From Octopus sinensis (lineage: Eukaryota), in the NCBI RefSeq assembly GCF_006345805.1, contig NC_042997.1, forward strand, positions 18,600,001 through 18,664,000: a stretch of 64,000 bases of DNA, written 5' to 3'. Made by a program: the position numbers and the translations under genes. This document shows, one piece after another, positions 26,003 to 39,520 of this stretch. The notes beneath the pieces were generated by a model that saw nothing but the letters and a program-made list of their open reading frames with translations, was not told where the DNA came from and did no database searches. The first letter of the stretch is position 1. Each line of letters starts with the position of its first letter.

Positions 26003-26142
26003 TCATCATAGTTTAACGTCCGCTTTCCATGCTAGCATGGGTTGGACGGTTCAACTGGGGTCTGGGAAGCCCAAAGGCTGCGCCAGGCCAGTCAGATCTG
26101 GCAGTGTTTCTACAGCTGGATGCCCTTCCTAACGCCAACCAC
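26003..26142 (-). mobile_element. RTE-type 3' tail fragment
   Basis: Reverse complement of the 1040-1190 tail (catcatagtttaacgtccgctttccatgctagcatgggttggac). Confidence 0.8.
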
Positions 26143-27642
26143 ATGTGTTTATGTGTGTCAGTGCAATGTTCCAGGTTAATAAGAATGTATGAGAACTAAT
26201 CTCATGTCAGTGTGATCATCATGAATGTGATACGCAGCCCACCAAATGTTAAATAACTGTTTACCAATTCTAATACCACATTAAAATTAAATAGATAAAA
26301 GAACATTATCAAGAGTGGGAAAATAGGTGCTTGGTGAGACCAAAGTTAACATCTATTGATAACTAAAGGTGTATTCTACAGAAGATATGTGAGACCTAGC
26401 GGGTTGAATATGCTGATGGCACTAAAGAACTAGCTTGGAGCATTCAGTCTGGGGAAAGTGACAGAGTGGAAGTTAGTCGAAATATTAATATGCCCCTATT
26501 TTTCTTTAGTGTAATCTTACTACCAATCTGTGTGTGGTATGCAGCTGTGTTTATGTACAAATGTGTTTACTTGTTATATTTTATTGATCTTTTGATCCAC
26601 CTCCATTGCACATACACACACATATCCATATCCACAGTTTGTAGCTTCTGTTTTATGCCATACTTTGCATTGTGTGTATGGGTCCTTGTGGCCAATAAAG
26701 AACAGATTATTAGTATTATTTTCACATGGTAAATTACATCTGGTTTTGGAATTCTTGGCAGGTTTCACAGAACATGCCTCCACATCCTGCTCATAAATTG
26801 TTCGAACATGTACAATAAAGGAACCGGAGAGTTGGAAAGGATATAAAATATATCTGGAAGTGATCCATGATTTCTCATCCAGGACATATATGCTCCCTTA
26901 GGAATATGATAAATTTCCATTAAAAAAATATAATAATAAAGAAAAGGAGAAAAGACAACGTCAACATAATAAAACATACTTGTCAACATGCAAATATTAA
27001 TCAATAACAAACCAGAAGAGACAAAATCTGAGCAAAAAAAAAAAATTACAAAATGCGAATGAGAAAAAAAGAAACAAAGAAAATATTGATGGAGAAGAGC
27101 TGGGCATAAACAACGAAGAAACAATTATTTTCGAATGTTTGTCCTTGGTGCTATTCTTGTTTGTTATTGTTTACAGTCATTATTGTTATAGTTTTTGTTA
27201 CTGGCACTGTTGTTGTTGTTGTTGTTGTTGCAGTCGTTGCATCCGTTGAATTTATTTTCCTGTAGCATGCTTTCATGAAGAGGATAGAGAATGTGAGTAA
27301 CAAAGAAATACAAAGGAACTGAGTTAGTGAGGTGGGGGTGGGGGTGGAAAGAGTGAGTATGTAACCGAGAGAAAGATAGTGAGAGAAAAAGAAAATACAA
27401 TAGATAAATTTACAAACCCTCTCAAGTACTGAAAAACAGATGAGAAAAACAGGTGAGAGGGGGTGGGTCAGTTTCCCCCCACCAAAAAAAAAACGACAGA
27501 GTTAAAAGATTGGGAAATGTTGATGTATATACATGTTGTGAATAAATGCATGTGTATGTATGCATGCAAGAAAGAGTTTTTGATAGAAAAAATGAGACAT
27601 GCTGGTGTATTTAGGATTATTTTGTATTTATGTATATGTATA

Positions 27643-27685
<43 letters not shown>

Positions 27686-27731
27686 ATGTATATATATATG
27701 TGTGTGTGTGTAATATGTATGTGTATATATA

Positions 27732-28033
27732 TCACGTGACCGACCAGACCATCAGATGTTGTTACACATCGCTGGTCACAATGCAGCGCAATGGCCCAGT
27801 GGTTAGGGCAGCGGACTCGCGGTCGTAGGATCGCAGTTTCGATTCCAAGACCGGGTGTTGTGAGTGTTTATTGAGCGAAAACACCTAAAAGCTCCACAAT
27901 GCTCCAGTGGGGGTGGTGATCCCTGCTGTACTCTTTCACCACTCTTTCTTCTGTTGGCCTGTTCGATTAGCCAGCGGGGTGGCGTCATTTGAAGGCTAAA
28001 ACAATGCGAAGGCATTGTGACCAGCGATGTGTA
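27732..28033. mobile_element. Family A SINE with internal inversion and 22-bp inverted repeat, copy 1
   Basis: tRNA-like head ggcccagtggttagggcagcggactcgcggtcg on +. The body is bracketed by a perfect IR, 27763-27784 / 28012-28033. Confidence 0.8.
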
Positions 28034-28082
28034 TGTATATATATATACATATATACACATATATATACATGTGTGTGTATAT

Positions 28083-28114
<32 letters not shown>

Positions 28115-28188
28115 ATATATATATATATATATGTGTGTGTGTATGTATATATATATGTGTGTGTGTGTAATATGTATGTGTATATATA

Positions 28189-28490
28189 TCACGTGACCGA
28201 CCAGACCATCAGATGTTGTTACACATCGCTGGTCACAATGCAGCGCAATGGCCCAGTGGTTAGGGCAGCGGACTCGCGGTCGTAGGATCGCAGTTTCGAT
28301 TCCAAGACCGGGTGTTGTGAGTGTTTATTGAGCGAAAACACCTAAAAGCTCCACAATGCTCCAGTGGGGGTGGTGATCCCTGCTGTACTCTTTCACCACT
28401 CTTTCTTCTGTTGGCCTGTTCGATTAGCCAGCGGGGTGGCGTCATTTGAAGGCTAAAACAATGCGAAGGCATTGTGACCAGCGATGTGTA
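28189..28490. mobile_element. Same inverted SINE, copy 2 (457-bp tandem duplication)
   Basis: Appears identical to copy 1 at an offset of +457. Confidence 0.8.
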
Positions 28491-28526
28491 TGTATATATA
28501 TATACATATATACACATATATATACA

Positions 28527-28583
<57 letters not shown>

Positions 28584-28616
28584 GTATCTATGTGTGCAGG
28601 TATGTATGTGTGTATA

Positions 28617-28663
<47 letters not shown>

Positions 28664-28779
28664 GCAAACATGTATATTCACGTTTGTGCTCAAAAAGAAA
28701 GAAAAGAACACTCCATACAAGGTGAAGAGTCAGTGATTCAATCCATGGTTACTCAATGTTTCTCCATCTGTATTCACAT

Positions 28780-29330
28780 CAGGTATCTGCTCGTCAGTCT
28801 TCAGACGATATTGGGAATATGAAAAGGCAGGAGATGTGTCTGTTGTTGTAAGGTCGATTCCCATTGGTCAAGTGCGGTGACATGATGGAACTTGTTCCAC
28901 TCTTCAGAGACACTGTTCTTATCCTTTTGTGCCTTGTGGGGGAAGCACCTCAGAGTTGTTATCTTCATAAATGCTAATTACATAAGAATAGTTAGGATTG
29001 AGACCTCACCCGGTGGTGATAATTAGACAATAACTCCAGTCCCTGATTTAGAGATGTTACAGGTTGCTTCAGGATCTGAAACTTTACTATTAGAAAATAC
29101 TACAATTCTGTACCATTGTTAAAGTATGGTATGGTCATGTCAATGATGTTACATGGTGAGCCCAGAGTTTCCAGACAAATTGTTACAAGGACAAATGAAG
29201 GAGGATATTGGAAAAACAAAACGCCTCTTCAAAGTGTTCACTGACAATCACATATAGTTCCTTTCAATGCCATCTGGATATATAGTTCACATATAGTTCC
29301 TTTCAATGCCGTATGGTAGTACAGTGTACA
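28780..29330 (+). mobile_element. Old RTE-like LINE C-terminal remnant
   Basis: KVWYGHV at ~29120 and, frameshifted, LLQGQM.....K.FTDN. Contains a 23-bp direct repeat at 29249/29288. Confidence 0.5.
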
Positions 29331-31329
29331 ATTCTTTCGAGAGGTGGGATTCATTGAGAAGATATTCACACAAATTCCAATAGTTACAGGTTGGTTGGGT
29401 CTAAGAAATTGTATTCTCTAAACACGAATAATTAACTAAACGCTTTGTGAGTTGAAAGGAGCTTGGTATTTGTGAGTTGGAATAATTTCATGACTACATT
29501 TGATAAGGGACTTGTGTAGTGATGTACTTATCGTTGTCACACAAGTAATTAATGTTGCAAAGTTCTTTACTAGAAACCTCTTTAAAGAAAAAATGTTGGA
29601 ACTATTTTTTTTTATCGCTCAGTACAATTTTTCTAGTAATTCTTTTGACAGGCAAATATTTTGTTGTTATTCACACTGTTTAACTTATTTAAAATAATGT
29701 TACTTCCTGTCATAAATTTTTTTGTGAAATACGTGTACTCTACTGATAATTGAATTTGTTTTCTCTTTATTATTTACAGCCCATAATCTCTTTAGCATTT
29801 AATGATATTGGTTTGAGTTTATATTGCTCTAAAACCTTTTCATTGCCTTCTTTTTTGACAACCTCCTATGCATCTTTATCTCTAATGAACTGAAATCCTT
29901 GCCTTCACTAAAAAGAAATTTTAATTCCTTCATGGAGTTGAAGGTGATTTTAAGAGAGTGAACATATTTGTAAGGAAGTATATTCAGATACAGCCTGACT
30001 ATAACAGTGGGGTGGTATCTTGATAAGATTGGTGAGTATAAAAGAAAATTCTGGCTACATTGCTTCATATAATGGCTATAATGACAGTTTGTTATGGAAT
30101 TATAACCAATAGAGTCCTCTATTGGCCAAGTAAGGACAATCACTCATCTATGAGGATCAATGACCGGTCAGTTGCTGACATTAATAATTTATGATTACCA
30201 ATGAGTGAAGAATCAAACTGTTATTATGAGTGGGTGCTGATATTTGTACACCATGCAAATTTAATTGCAGGAAAACCCATGGTTGGCTTTGGATTACGTA
30301 GGTGATTCTGTCACTTAAACGTTGATAGGTTTCCGAGACACATAATGTCACATAGATAATAAAGTGGGAATTTACCTCACCTGTTTTGGAGAAAATCAGT
30401 TGATATTCATAATTATGTAAGAAGATCAAATGATGTAATTTCGAAGTTTGGGACACTGGTATTTTTAGAATGTCACAGTGGTGGATTCTTTTGATTCAGG
30501 TCATGATTACAATGGAGTTGTTCTTAGGAGTCCTGTCAAATTATTAGGGAAATAAATAACGATTATAAGTATTGGATGTTGTGGACGTTTCATGAAATCG
30601 ACTTTGCCTTATTGTGACAATTAGGAAATGGCCTTAAAGAATTTCGCTAGCCATCATACGAGGCAATGCTGCCAGCATTTATTCTTGCCTTCACCAACCT
30701 ATTTCAAAGGGAAATGTAGATGCCTTTATTACTGTTTACATATATTTTACACATATTGTCAGTTTGTTGCTACCTTTGCTTTGTAAAACATTGTGAATAA
30801 TTTAATAATCTAAAGTATTATTATATTTCTATCTTGAAAAACTTATTCTCAAATTTTAATAACTAAAAACCATTTGTTCCTTCACTGTCTACGCAGTTAA
30901 CGAAATAAGTTAAAAAAGAGCATCGTCATCGCAATTCCTGTTGATAGCTACTTGCTGGTTTGTCCATTAACTTGCTTGTCAATATTGCCTGTCTTCTTAT
31001 TCAGATCTCAAAAACAAGTTGTCACAATGAAACATGAAATGAAGTCTATAAAAATGTACTTGCTTTAGTTTGTGTTTTGTTGGCCATTTCTGCATTGAGT
31101 AGCTATGATAATTTATGAGTAGAAGAAAAATTTCGTTTCGCAAATTTATGTATTTTTCCCTGTGCGAGGAAAACAAGCAGAAGTAATATATTCCTGCCTC
31201 TTTATGTTGAGGGTTCAGAGAAAAAAAATCCGAAAGTTAAGTGTAAAAACAACTGGCAACAGCAAAATCAGCTGGTAATAATGATGGGGAGGAGGATGGT
31301 GACGAATCATGACGATCTTTTACTTTGAT

Positions 31330-31720
31330 ATTACAACAAAGGCGATGAATTAGGGAACATTATAGAGACAGGTTGCAAAATGGAGGTTTATGCTAAAACT
31401 GGATGAATTCGAAAATGTCAAAAAGGGCTTGGTTGAAAAAAGTGTCTGTCCTTGTGCCCTTCAGTCACAACCGAAACTCAAACGCTTTCTCTATAGTTGG
31501 CAGAATGCAAAATTACGCTTCATACGTAAACTAAGGTAGTTGACCAATCTGCACGATGAACCAAACCCATTCAATGCACGACAACAGCTGTTCTCTATAA
31601 GACCATGTGTCAGAACAGTGTGAACAGAAAGGTCGTTGCTCTGTGTGCATTTCAAAAAGTTCCAGCTGGTGATACTTCCGTGCCTGTAGAATTTATCTCA
31701 AACAAGCATCAGCTCCACCT
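31330..31720 (+). mobile_element. Possible piggyBac-like transposase C-terminal remnant
   Basis: Frame DHVSEQCEQKGRCSVCISKSSSW*YFRAC.IYL resembles the piggyBac Cys-rich C-terminal domain. No TIR found. Confidence 0.25.
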
Positions 31721-33289
31721 CGGTTGCATTGTCAGAGTATAGATTTTTGGAAGTTTCCTATAGCTCCTGAGCAGAACTATTCATGGAGCAGATCAGCCAG
31801 TTCATTCTCATTGATGCCTAGATTGTTTTGAAGAATATTGTGGTGCTTAGTCCTCAACAGAATGCTAAAGGAGGAATTTCCCCAGTTAATTCATAGAGGG
31901 GTGTGAGTGTCTGACAATATTCCAGATACCAGGTGCCCAATTTGATCTTAAATTAATTAGAGTCTATATCTCCATCAAAGAGACAAGCAATGGGGAAATG
32001 CCTTTCTCAAGCATTTCTCCACAAGTTTGTCTCACCTGTTAATCATCCAGAAAGCTCTGTGTCTATCACAGTCTCAGTAAATATCTGTGTATCTTCAGAC
32101 CCAAGTGTCCCCCAACAATCCATGCAGGTTGTAATTATAGTAGATGGGCCACTTGACCATGGAACGAATCCATTTTATCAGAAGGGAAAATTGGAATGAT
32201 CAAATGTGTGAAGACAAAAACAGGGACAAGGTACAATGGCCTTGTGGTTATATATAAAAGTGTATGCGATCCATTGATTTATAGGTGAGCAGGTGGTTGG
32301 CCAGCTTTCTGAAATTCCTATTACAGAAAGTCAAGTCGTTTGCATCAAAACACTTGAGGAGCATTGTCCTCACTCCCAGCCCCTCATTTTTTTTTGTACT
32401 ATACACATAACCTCCATTTGCACCAGAAAAGACATCATAGTGTAATATTAAAGATTTTTGTATATCCATAAAACTTTCCGTAGTCTGTATGGAACAACAA
32501 AAAGCTCGTAGATCCATAATCAACGTTTCCAGAATTTTACTATAATATCATCGGGATATAAAATGCATTTGGCTTTTATATTGCCTCTTTTATAGTAGAT
32601 GAATTTATGTAGAGTTTACCGCCAAAACGTTTGACTTCATTAACATTTGAATTTTAGTTTCTACATCACGTATACATTAGAGAGAACACTCACTGAAAGT
32701 ACACATGTTGCATGTACAATTTATATAAATTAACTTAATAACAGCTATTGAACAGCCGAACCCATAATCACACACTTAATAAAAAACAAAAACAAAAATG
32801 CATCACAACAAACAATAAACAATAATTAGTAATATACTTCAAAAACACCAAAACCTTATAACTCACCACAAGCATACATGTAAACCTAAGAATAAAACTA
32901 AATTACCAATAAAAATAAAAGACCAAAGCAGTCAAAAAGCTTGATTGTAAATCGACAGTTGTAAACTTTATTAGCCCAACTGTTAAATTGACATACTAAT
33001 ATAATACTTTTGAAGCTCACCATGTATTTATAACAAAAGTCTTCACAAAGATAGACTTGTTAATCATGTAAGCAGCATTCATATCACAACACATTGTTGA
33101 TATAAACACACAAACAACACGACTGCTGGCACGGAAGTCTAACAGTCAAAAGTTTGAGTGGTTCAAGCCCACATCAATTTGATTGTTATAAAATGAAATT
33201 AACAATGACTACTAATGGGCCAACTTCTTAAGGATAAAGTCTACATAAATAACCAGCTAATATTCCTTTAAAGCTGAATAGACTGGAGA

Positions 33290-33400
33290 ATGTGGAATGA
33301 AGTGCCTTCCTCAAAGACATAATGTGCTGTTCTGTTCAGGAGTTAAAATCATGATTGTGAGGTGGACACCTTAACTACTTGGCCACACAACTTCACAGAG
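33290..33400 (-). mobile_element. Degenerate tRNA-headed SINE 5' remnant
   Basis: Antisense gtggccaagtagttaaggtgtcc...tgtctttgaggaaggcacttcatt. Confidence 0.45.
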
Positions 33401-35815
33401 AAGTAACTGAGAGCAAATTATTCTATATTTAGGAAAGTTCTTTATATTACAAGTCTTAGAAGACATTGAAATTTCTGATTGCAGTCCAACTTGTTACAGT
33501 TTAATATAGAATGCAAGACAGAAGCTTATGAGCTATGGTCATTTATTATAGTAATCTTAATTCTCACACACTGAAATTTAATAGATATATTTGGAAAGAA
33601 ATCATAAACCTTAATATTTTCTCAGTATGACTAACAAATAATTATTATTTTATGAAGCTTCTTGATTAAGTATGTATTTAAATTTTAAAAGTAATTGCCT
33701 AAGTTGATTAAAGAGGCTGGATATTATAATGAGATAATTACTATTACAAAATTAGAGGAAAACCAATCTTTTTCTCAAAAGAAAGCCTAAGCCACCAAGA
33801 TTTCCAAATTTCTGTTGTTTATGGAATTACTACTGCAATAAGATGTGTTGCTAACCAGAAATGAAAAACTGACTTTAATTATAAACAAAGGCAACATGCC
33901 TACACGAAGAAAATGTTATTAAAGAAATATGCAACATGCACTAAAATAAGTCCTCATATTACTGACGATTCTGCTAAATTTTAAGTTTTTCACCAAAAAG
34001 AAAATGATTAGATGAAAGCAGAGTAAAAGAAACAATTAAACCATGAATTTTAATAGCCTGCTTTTCATTTTAACAGGATGAAAATAAATTTTTAAAAATC
34101 AATTGCTAATCAGATTCAACTCAACGGAGCAGGCAGGAGGTGACAGGACCTAATTGGGAGAGTGAAGAGAAAGCTGAAGAAAGCAGCAGTGCATTGGGAT
34201 GGGCTGATGGATTATTTTCAAGGATTGCTGCTTCATAAATGAAGATGATGAAGAGTATCAATGAAGAATGGAAGCTATCAGGAATAATGTTTATGACACA
34301 ATTTTATGCATGAGATGATTTCCTTCTTTCTTGGTCTAATGATTATGAGGAGCTGATCTGATGTATTATATTCATTTGATTTGGTTTTTTTATTTTCTCT
34401 GTTTTTTCTCTGTTTCTTTAATATATGCTTTTGTGTATTTGTGCATCATAGCATCAGCAAATTGTATTTTATAGAAAACAAAAACATAACTAACATCTAA
34501 AAATTTCTTCCCATAAAGCAAAAAGAAAGAATTATATTTGAATTTGCCAAAATCAGTATCTTTCGGCAAAAACAGTATAGTTATTTCAATCAACGTGTGT
34601 TTTAGGTATAAAATTGTGGAAACGAAAACAAAATATTTAAAATATGTCTTTCTAAGAACATATTTCAACTATCTTCTTTAACAAAAGAATTGAAGTTCCA
34701 AGTTACACAGATACAAATATACTGCAACTTTCTCAAATAACATTTTCTTCATATGAGCATGTTTTATTTGTTTATAATTATATTCAGTACCTCAATTCTT
34801 GTCAGAAACATTTTTATTGTAGTAATGATTCTTAATAATTAGTCTGTAACATTGAAGAATGACAATTCTATGGAAAACAGAAATTTGGAAAATTTGATTT
34901 CTTAAGCCTTCTTTTGACAAAGCATATTGGATTTTTTTTCAAGTTTGAAGTAGTTATTACCTTACAATTAAAATGCATACTTTAGCAGGAATCTTTACAA
35001 AATTATAAGTATTTGCTTGTCATATTGAGAAAATGTTTTTTCTTTTTAAATTCAATTCTAGATATACTCTCATGAAGTATCTATCATACCAAACCTAACA
35101 AAAACTCACTTATCCTATAAAGGCACAGTCAGTAAGACAACTTTTACTTTTAAACTACATTTGCTAACATGCTTAAACTTATGCAGTTTCATGAATCTCA
35201 GAAGACACAGTCTTTTGTTAAACCAACTATACAAACGTCATTTTCGGTCATATTTGACTAAGCATACTAAATATATTTTTTTTCATATAGAAGCATGAAT
35301 CAGTAAGTGCTGTTCCAAAGAAAGGTAAGAAAAAAAACTCTGACTCTACCATTTACAACCCTATTTCCTTAAGTTTTTGTCTCAATAGAGACTTTGTGTA
35401 ATATAACCATAGATCCAAATCTACAAAATACTTTTTCTTCTACTTCATACACAAGAGATCACTGGTACTTGAGACTTCGAAAGAAGTCATTTTGCTGCAC
35501 TTGACATCTGTAATATTTTTGATATGCCTGGTAAAATAATCTGTTAATAGCCTCCACCTTATGCTTGACACTGGGATTGTAAACTTCTTGTAGTTTCCTG
35601 ATAGAATTATCTCCAAACCAATGTATCAACTCTGGTGTACCTAAAATTTCAGTTATATTTCCCACATTCTTCTCACTGTACACTAATGTATTTTTTTCAG
35701 TCACCTCTAATAACACACATTTCTATGCAAATGAAACCACATTAACTTTTTACCTCACTGTAAACAGAAATCATCAACTCAAAATCTCACTTCAGATACC
35801 CTTAAACAAACTTAC

Positions 35816-35854
35816 ATTTTCCCCATGAGCTGGATTCTCAAACAACATAATTTA
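35816..35854 (-). CDS. Candidate 39-nt exon (phase 2-2)
   Basis: Strong acceptor tttttggctcattctcttcag, donor AAT|gtaagt, open frame KLCCLRIQLMGK. Phase-compatible with 44190-44348. Confidence 0.2.
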
Positions 35855-38800
35855 CTGAAGAGAATGAGCCAAAAAGAAAGCCCCTGTGTAATTTTCCAGT
35901 CTATTAGAAAGAACTAGAGACCAAATCTCTTTCAGATCACACCCCCATCATCTTAAAAGAGAGACACTGGACAATGCATCATGTCAGAAAAAAAAAGATA
36001 GGATGGTGTGAGTAATCAGACTCCGTTTGATCTTAAATCTGCTCAATAAACTTTGATGTGGGGATAATCAACAATGACAACATCGTTCAATTGTATCAAG
36101 ACAACCGATTATCATTCACCATGACAAAGATATTGTCACTATCTTCTTACATGTGAACATCAAGTCATTAAAGCTCCAAAAGACATTATTTTCTTTTCAT
36201 CTTTGATGGTGGCTTACATATATAACATCACCAAAACTTCATCCTCATGATAAAGTCTTTCCTTGCAAACCAAAAATCACTTCATCCATGACCAGTTGCT
36301 TATCTTCTATTAAAACTCAAGAATGCTGCTAAGGTATCTGAGGCAGTGCTGCTGCTACATATGTAAAGAATTTTATATGGCAGCCAAAAGATGACTTTTA
36401 AAATAATTAGTTAAAATTTACTCAATTACAATAGTGGCATACAAATGCATTAATGCATCTCTGTAACTTTCACCTCTATTTCAATATCTCTTTTCCATTC
36501 AAACAACATAACCATCTGCCTAGACCTATCGAGCACAAAAAAAATATCTTCCTAGTTTCATTTTTACCCTGTATCACTTTTCATATCATTTGTCCCCAAT
36601 GATGCAAACCTTGGAATTCTCTCTCTTTCTACATTTTACCTAAACACACCAACTTACAGAAGTCTGAACGAAACATAAGCCACTTCATACCCATAAACTT
36701 AGAAGGCTCTGTAAAGAACATGGGCACTGCCTCACTTCCTTTGAATCATTTATGAAATAGCAGATTGGTTTAGTCCTATTCTCTATGCATTGATGCAAAA
36801 CTTTACCAAAACACTTACTTTATTTTGCCACTTAGAGAGACACTATTCTTTCCTGCAGATCTTCATTTCTACATTATATTCTTTTCTCTGTAAACTAAAA
36901 GGAATGAGAATGAAAATCAAGCAAATTTATGTATAATAGCTACAGCAATTATATCAATGATATATTGCATGTTAAAATTGAGTAAAAAGTGAAATTTAGC
37001 CCACAATGATTCTTATTGAATCCCTTGCAGCAAGGGATTACTCTATTTTCTCCTTAATTTACTATTGTAATTCTACAAGTTGAAATAATTTCTTGAATCG
37101 ATAAACATATTTTTTTAAGAAATGTTAGGTGTCAATTGTTTATAACAATTTCTTATGACAAGTCATTATTATACTATTGTTTTTCTTTCTTGCAAGTGTT
37201 CCAAATAAATAGATCATCATCATCATCAGCTATCATCAAAAACATAAGCAACAACAATAGCAACATTTCTTTTACAGCTGTACTAAAGCTAGCATCAAAA
37301 TAAATCACCACTACCATCTAGGTTTAACACTTTATATTTGTAAATTTTTATGACAGACAAAAGTACTAATATTGCAAAACTATTTCTGATATTGTCAAAA
37401 GAAAATGCTTCCAGTTTACTTAGATTAATATTAAATAGCTTTCAACAATTCGTTTTTAAGTATATATTTTAGTATATATAGCATGATTATTTTGTCTGCT
37501 TTGCCAACGTTTGTATAAAGGAATATTCCTTAAAAATATTTTCTGCTTCTTATTTACTATTAGCATACTGTGTTTTCTAATTGTTATTCTCTATCACAAG
37601 CCTAAGGCAACTGAATTTCCTTTTGAAAGTTGGATTAAATCACAGTACATTATTGTATTTCTCTGGTCTAGACATATTTTGCTTTTTATGAGGCTTTATC
37701 ATTTTGTTTCATGACTGTTAAATCCAAGAAAAGCACTTTCTTTTTAAGCAAGAAAAAAAAAAAGCAAATAAGCAACATACTAAAATTAACAGCTAAATCT
37801 GCCTCAAATAACACCTTACAGTCTTAAAAAGAAGACGTACTAAACAATGCAATCCTGAATATATATTAATCTGGAAGAAAGATGCAATAAAAAAAGAAAA
37901 GAAAAGAGAAGTTACAAGAGAAACGTGAGTAGATCAACAACATGAAATGCATAAAAAAATTTCAGAGCCAACAACTGAGAAGAAAATAGTCAAAGGAAAC
38001 TTTGGAAAAGCAAAAGTACGTTACTTTAAAACTCTGTTATATAGATAAAATAAAAAGCACTAACATTCAAACATACCTCCATTAACAACAAATTGCAAAA
38101 TCAAAAACCATAACTGCCACCATTATTTTCATATTGAAGGTCCCTAACTCAAACTATAATGACAGCCAAAATTTCGACAACAACAACAGTAAAAATAACA
38201 ATAATAATAATAGAATACATACTGAAACCCAAGTACATCCCATAAAGTACTAATAACATTGATCAGTATATACCACATACCATAACACTAAATATTCGAA
38301 CATACTTTTAGCAGAGAATGCTAACAGATCTCAACATTGTTGGAACTAATAAATTAATTTTGCACATTAATACTGAAGTAATGCTCCAAATCTTTAAATA
38401 CGAGCCAAAACTATGGTGGAGTCAATACTGTATATATAGAAATTACAAATGACATTTAAATGATAACTGATCATACCAATACGCTATAATTGCAAGTATC
38501 TAAAATAAAATCACCAACAAATAAATACTTATCTCCCCTAGAAAATATTTGATCATGTGTATATCCAATCAAAGTTGACCTGGGATTAACCATCAACTAA
38601 ATACTTCCAACATAAAAAAATAGCAACTCAGATTACAGAACTGAAATCGTCAACCTGATAAAAAAAAATACTTACATACTTAACATAAAATCATTATACA
38701 AAGCAAAAATAAACTGGGCATCAATTAACTAAATGGGAAAGTAAAGACAATGAACCAAAGACAGCATAAGCCACAAAGACTGTATACAGCATAAGCCACA

Positions 38801-39230
38801 AAACAAGCTATAAAACATTATAAAGAGTAATTAGCTTCATCAACAACTATATCGACTCCTTTTAACTTACGTTGCTCAACACAACCCCACCTTCATTCCC
38901 ATTACTAATGTTTATGATGTAAGGCAAATAATGGAGTCCAAAACGCGGAATGTATACTTATGGCTGAAAGAAATAATTCTACTCATTAATGTTATCAACC
39001 ACTCATACCAACACGGCCAAATTCTTACAAACTGGAGTCTGGACAACTCTTTTTGCTCTATCCACAAACTCACAAGCAATTCAAATAGAACATTAATTGT
39101 ATTAACTATCCTAAACCCAGTGCTATCTAAATTTAGTGCTGAAATGTCAAGATTATTGTCTATTCTACCGTGAAAACTATAATTTAAGTTTAACATTTTT
39201 TAAGATTAAATCTTGTTTTATAATCAACAG

Positions 39231-39284
39231 GATGCTCCAAAATGATGGAAATGTGGTTTGATTATCTTCAAAACTGGCGGACAG
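39231..39284 (+). CDS. Candidate 54-nt exon (phase 1-1)
   Basis: Acceptor tcttgttttataatcaacag, donor CAG|gtgaat. The only open frame is CSKMMEMWFDYLQNWRT. Confidence 0.3.
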
Positions 39285-39479
39285 GTGAATCAAATTGTTT
39301 TCACTGTGCCGATATTTTGTGAAAGAATTAATAGGCACACAGTGTATGCATCGTTTTGGCATGTCCTCAGCACAAGAATCTATTACTAGCACATAAAAAC
39401 GTATTATATCTATTAAGTATTATTTATCTCTAACCAGATGGAGTACTTTTTTCTTGAGCTTACCATCATGGAACAGTAC

Positions 39480-39520
<41 letters not shown>

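Noticed and set aside
27788-27865. tRNA-Arg-like sequence (also at 28245, 48180 and 315)
   Set aside because: It lacks a proper acceptor stem and continues into the shared SINE body, so it is a SINE head and not a tRNA gene.
25528-28822. Many 70-138 aa ORFs rich in YI/IY/CV/HT (also at 42.5-43.1, 50.6-51.4 and 60.5-61.2 kb)
   Set aside because: They are translations of (TA)n, (TG)n and (CA)n microsatellites, which lack stops in some frames.
38761-38802. 17-bp direct repeat acagcataagccacaaa x2 (and 23-bp repeat at 29249/29288)
   Set aside because: Two-copy local slippage duplications, not CRISPR-like or satellite arrays.
32700-38900. A/C-rich, G-poor stretches suggesting a mitochondrial insertion
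   Set aside because: I recognised no mitochondrial protein, rRNA or tRNA sequence.
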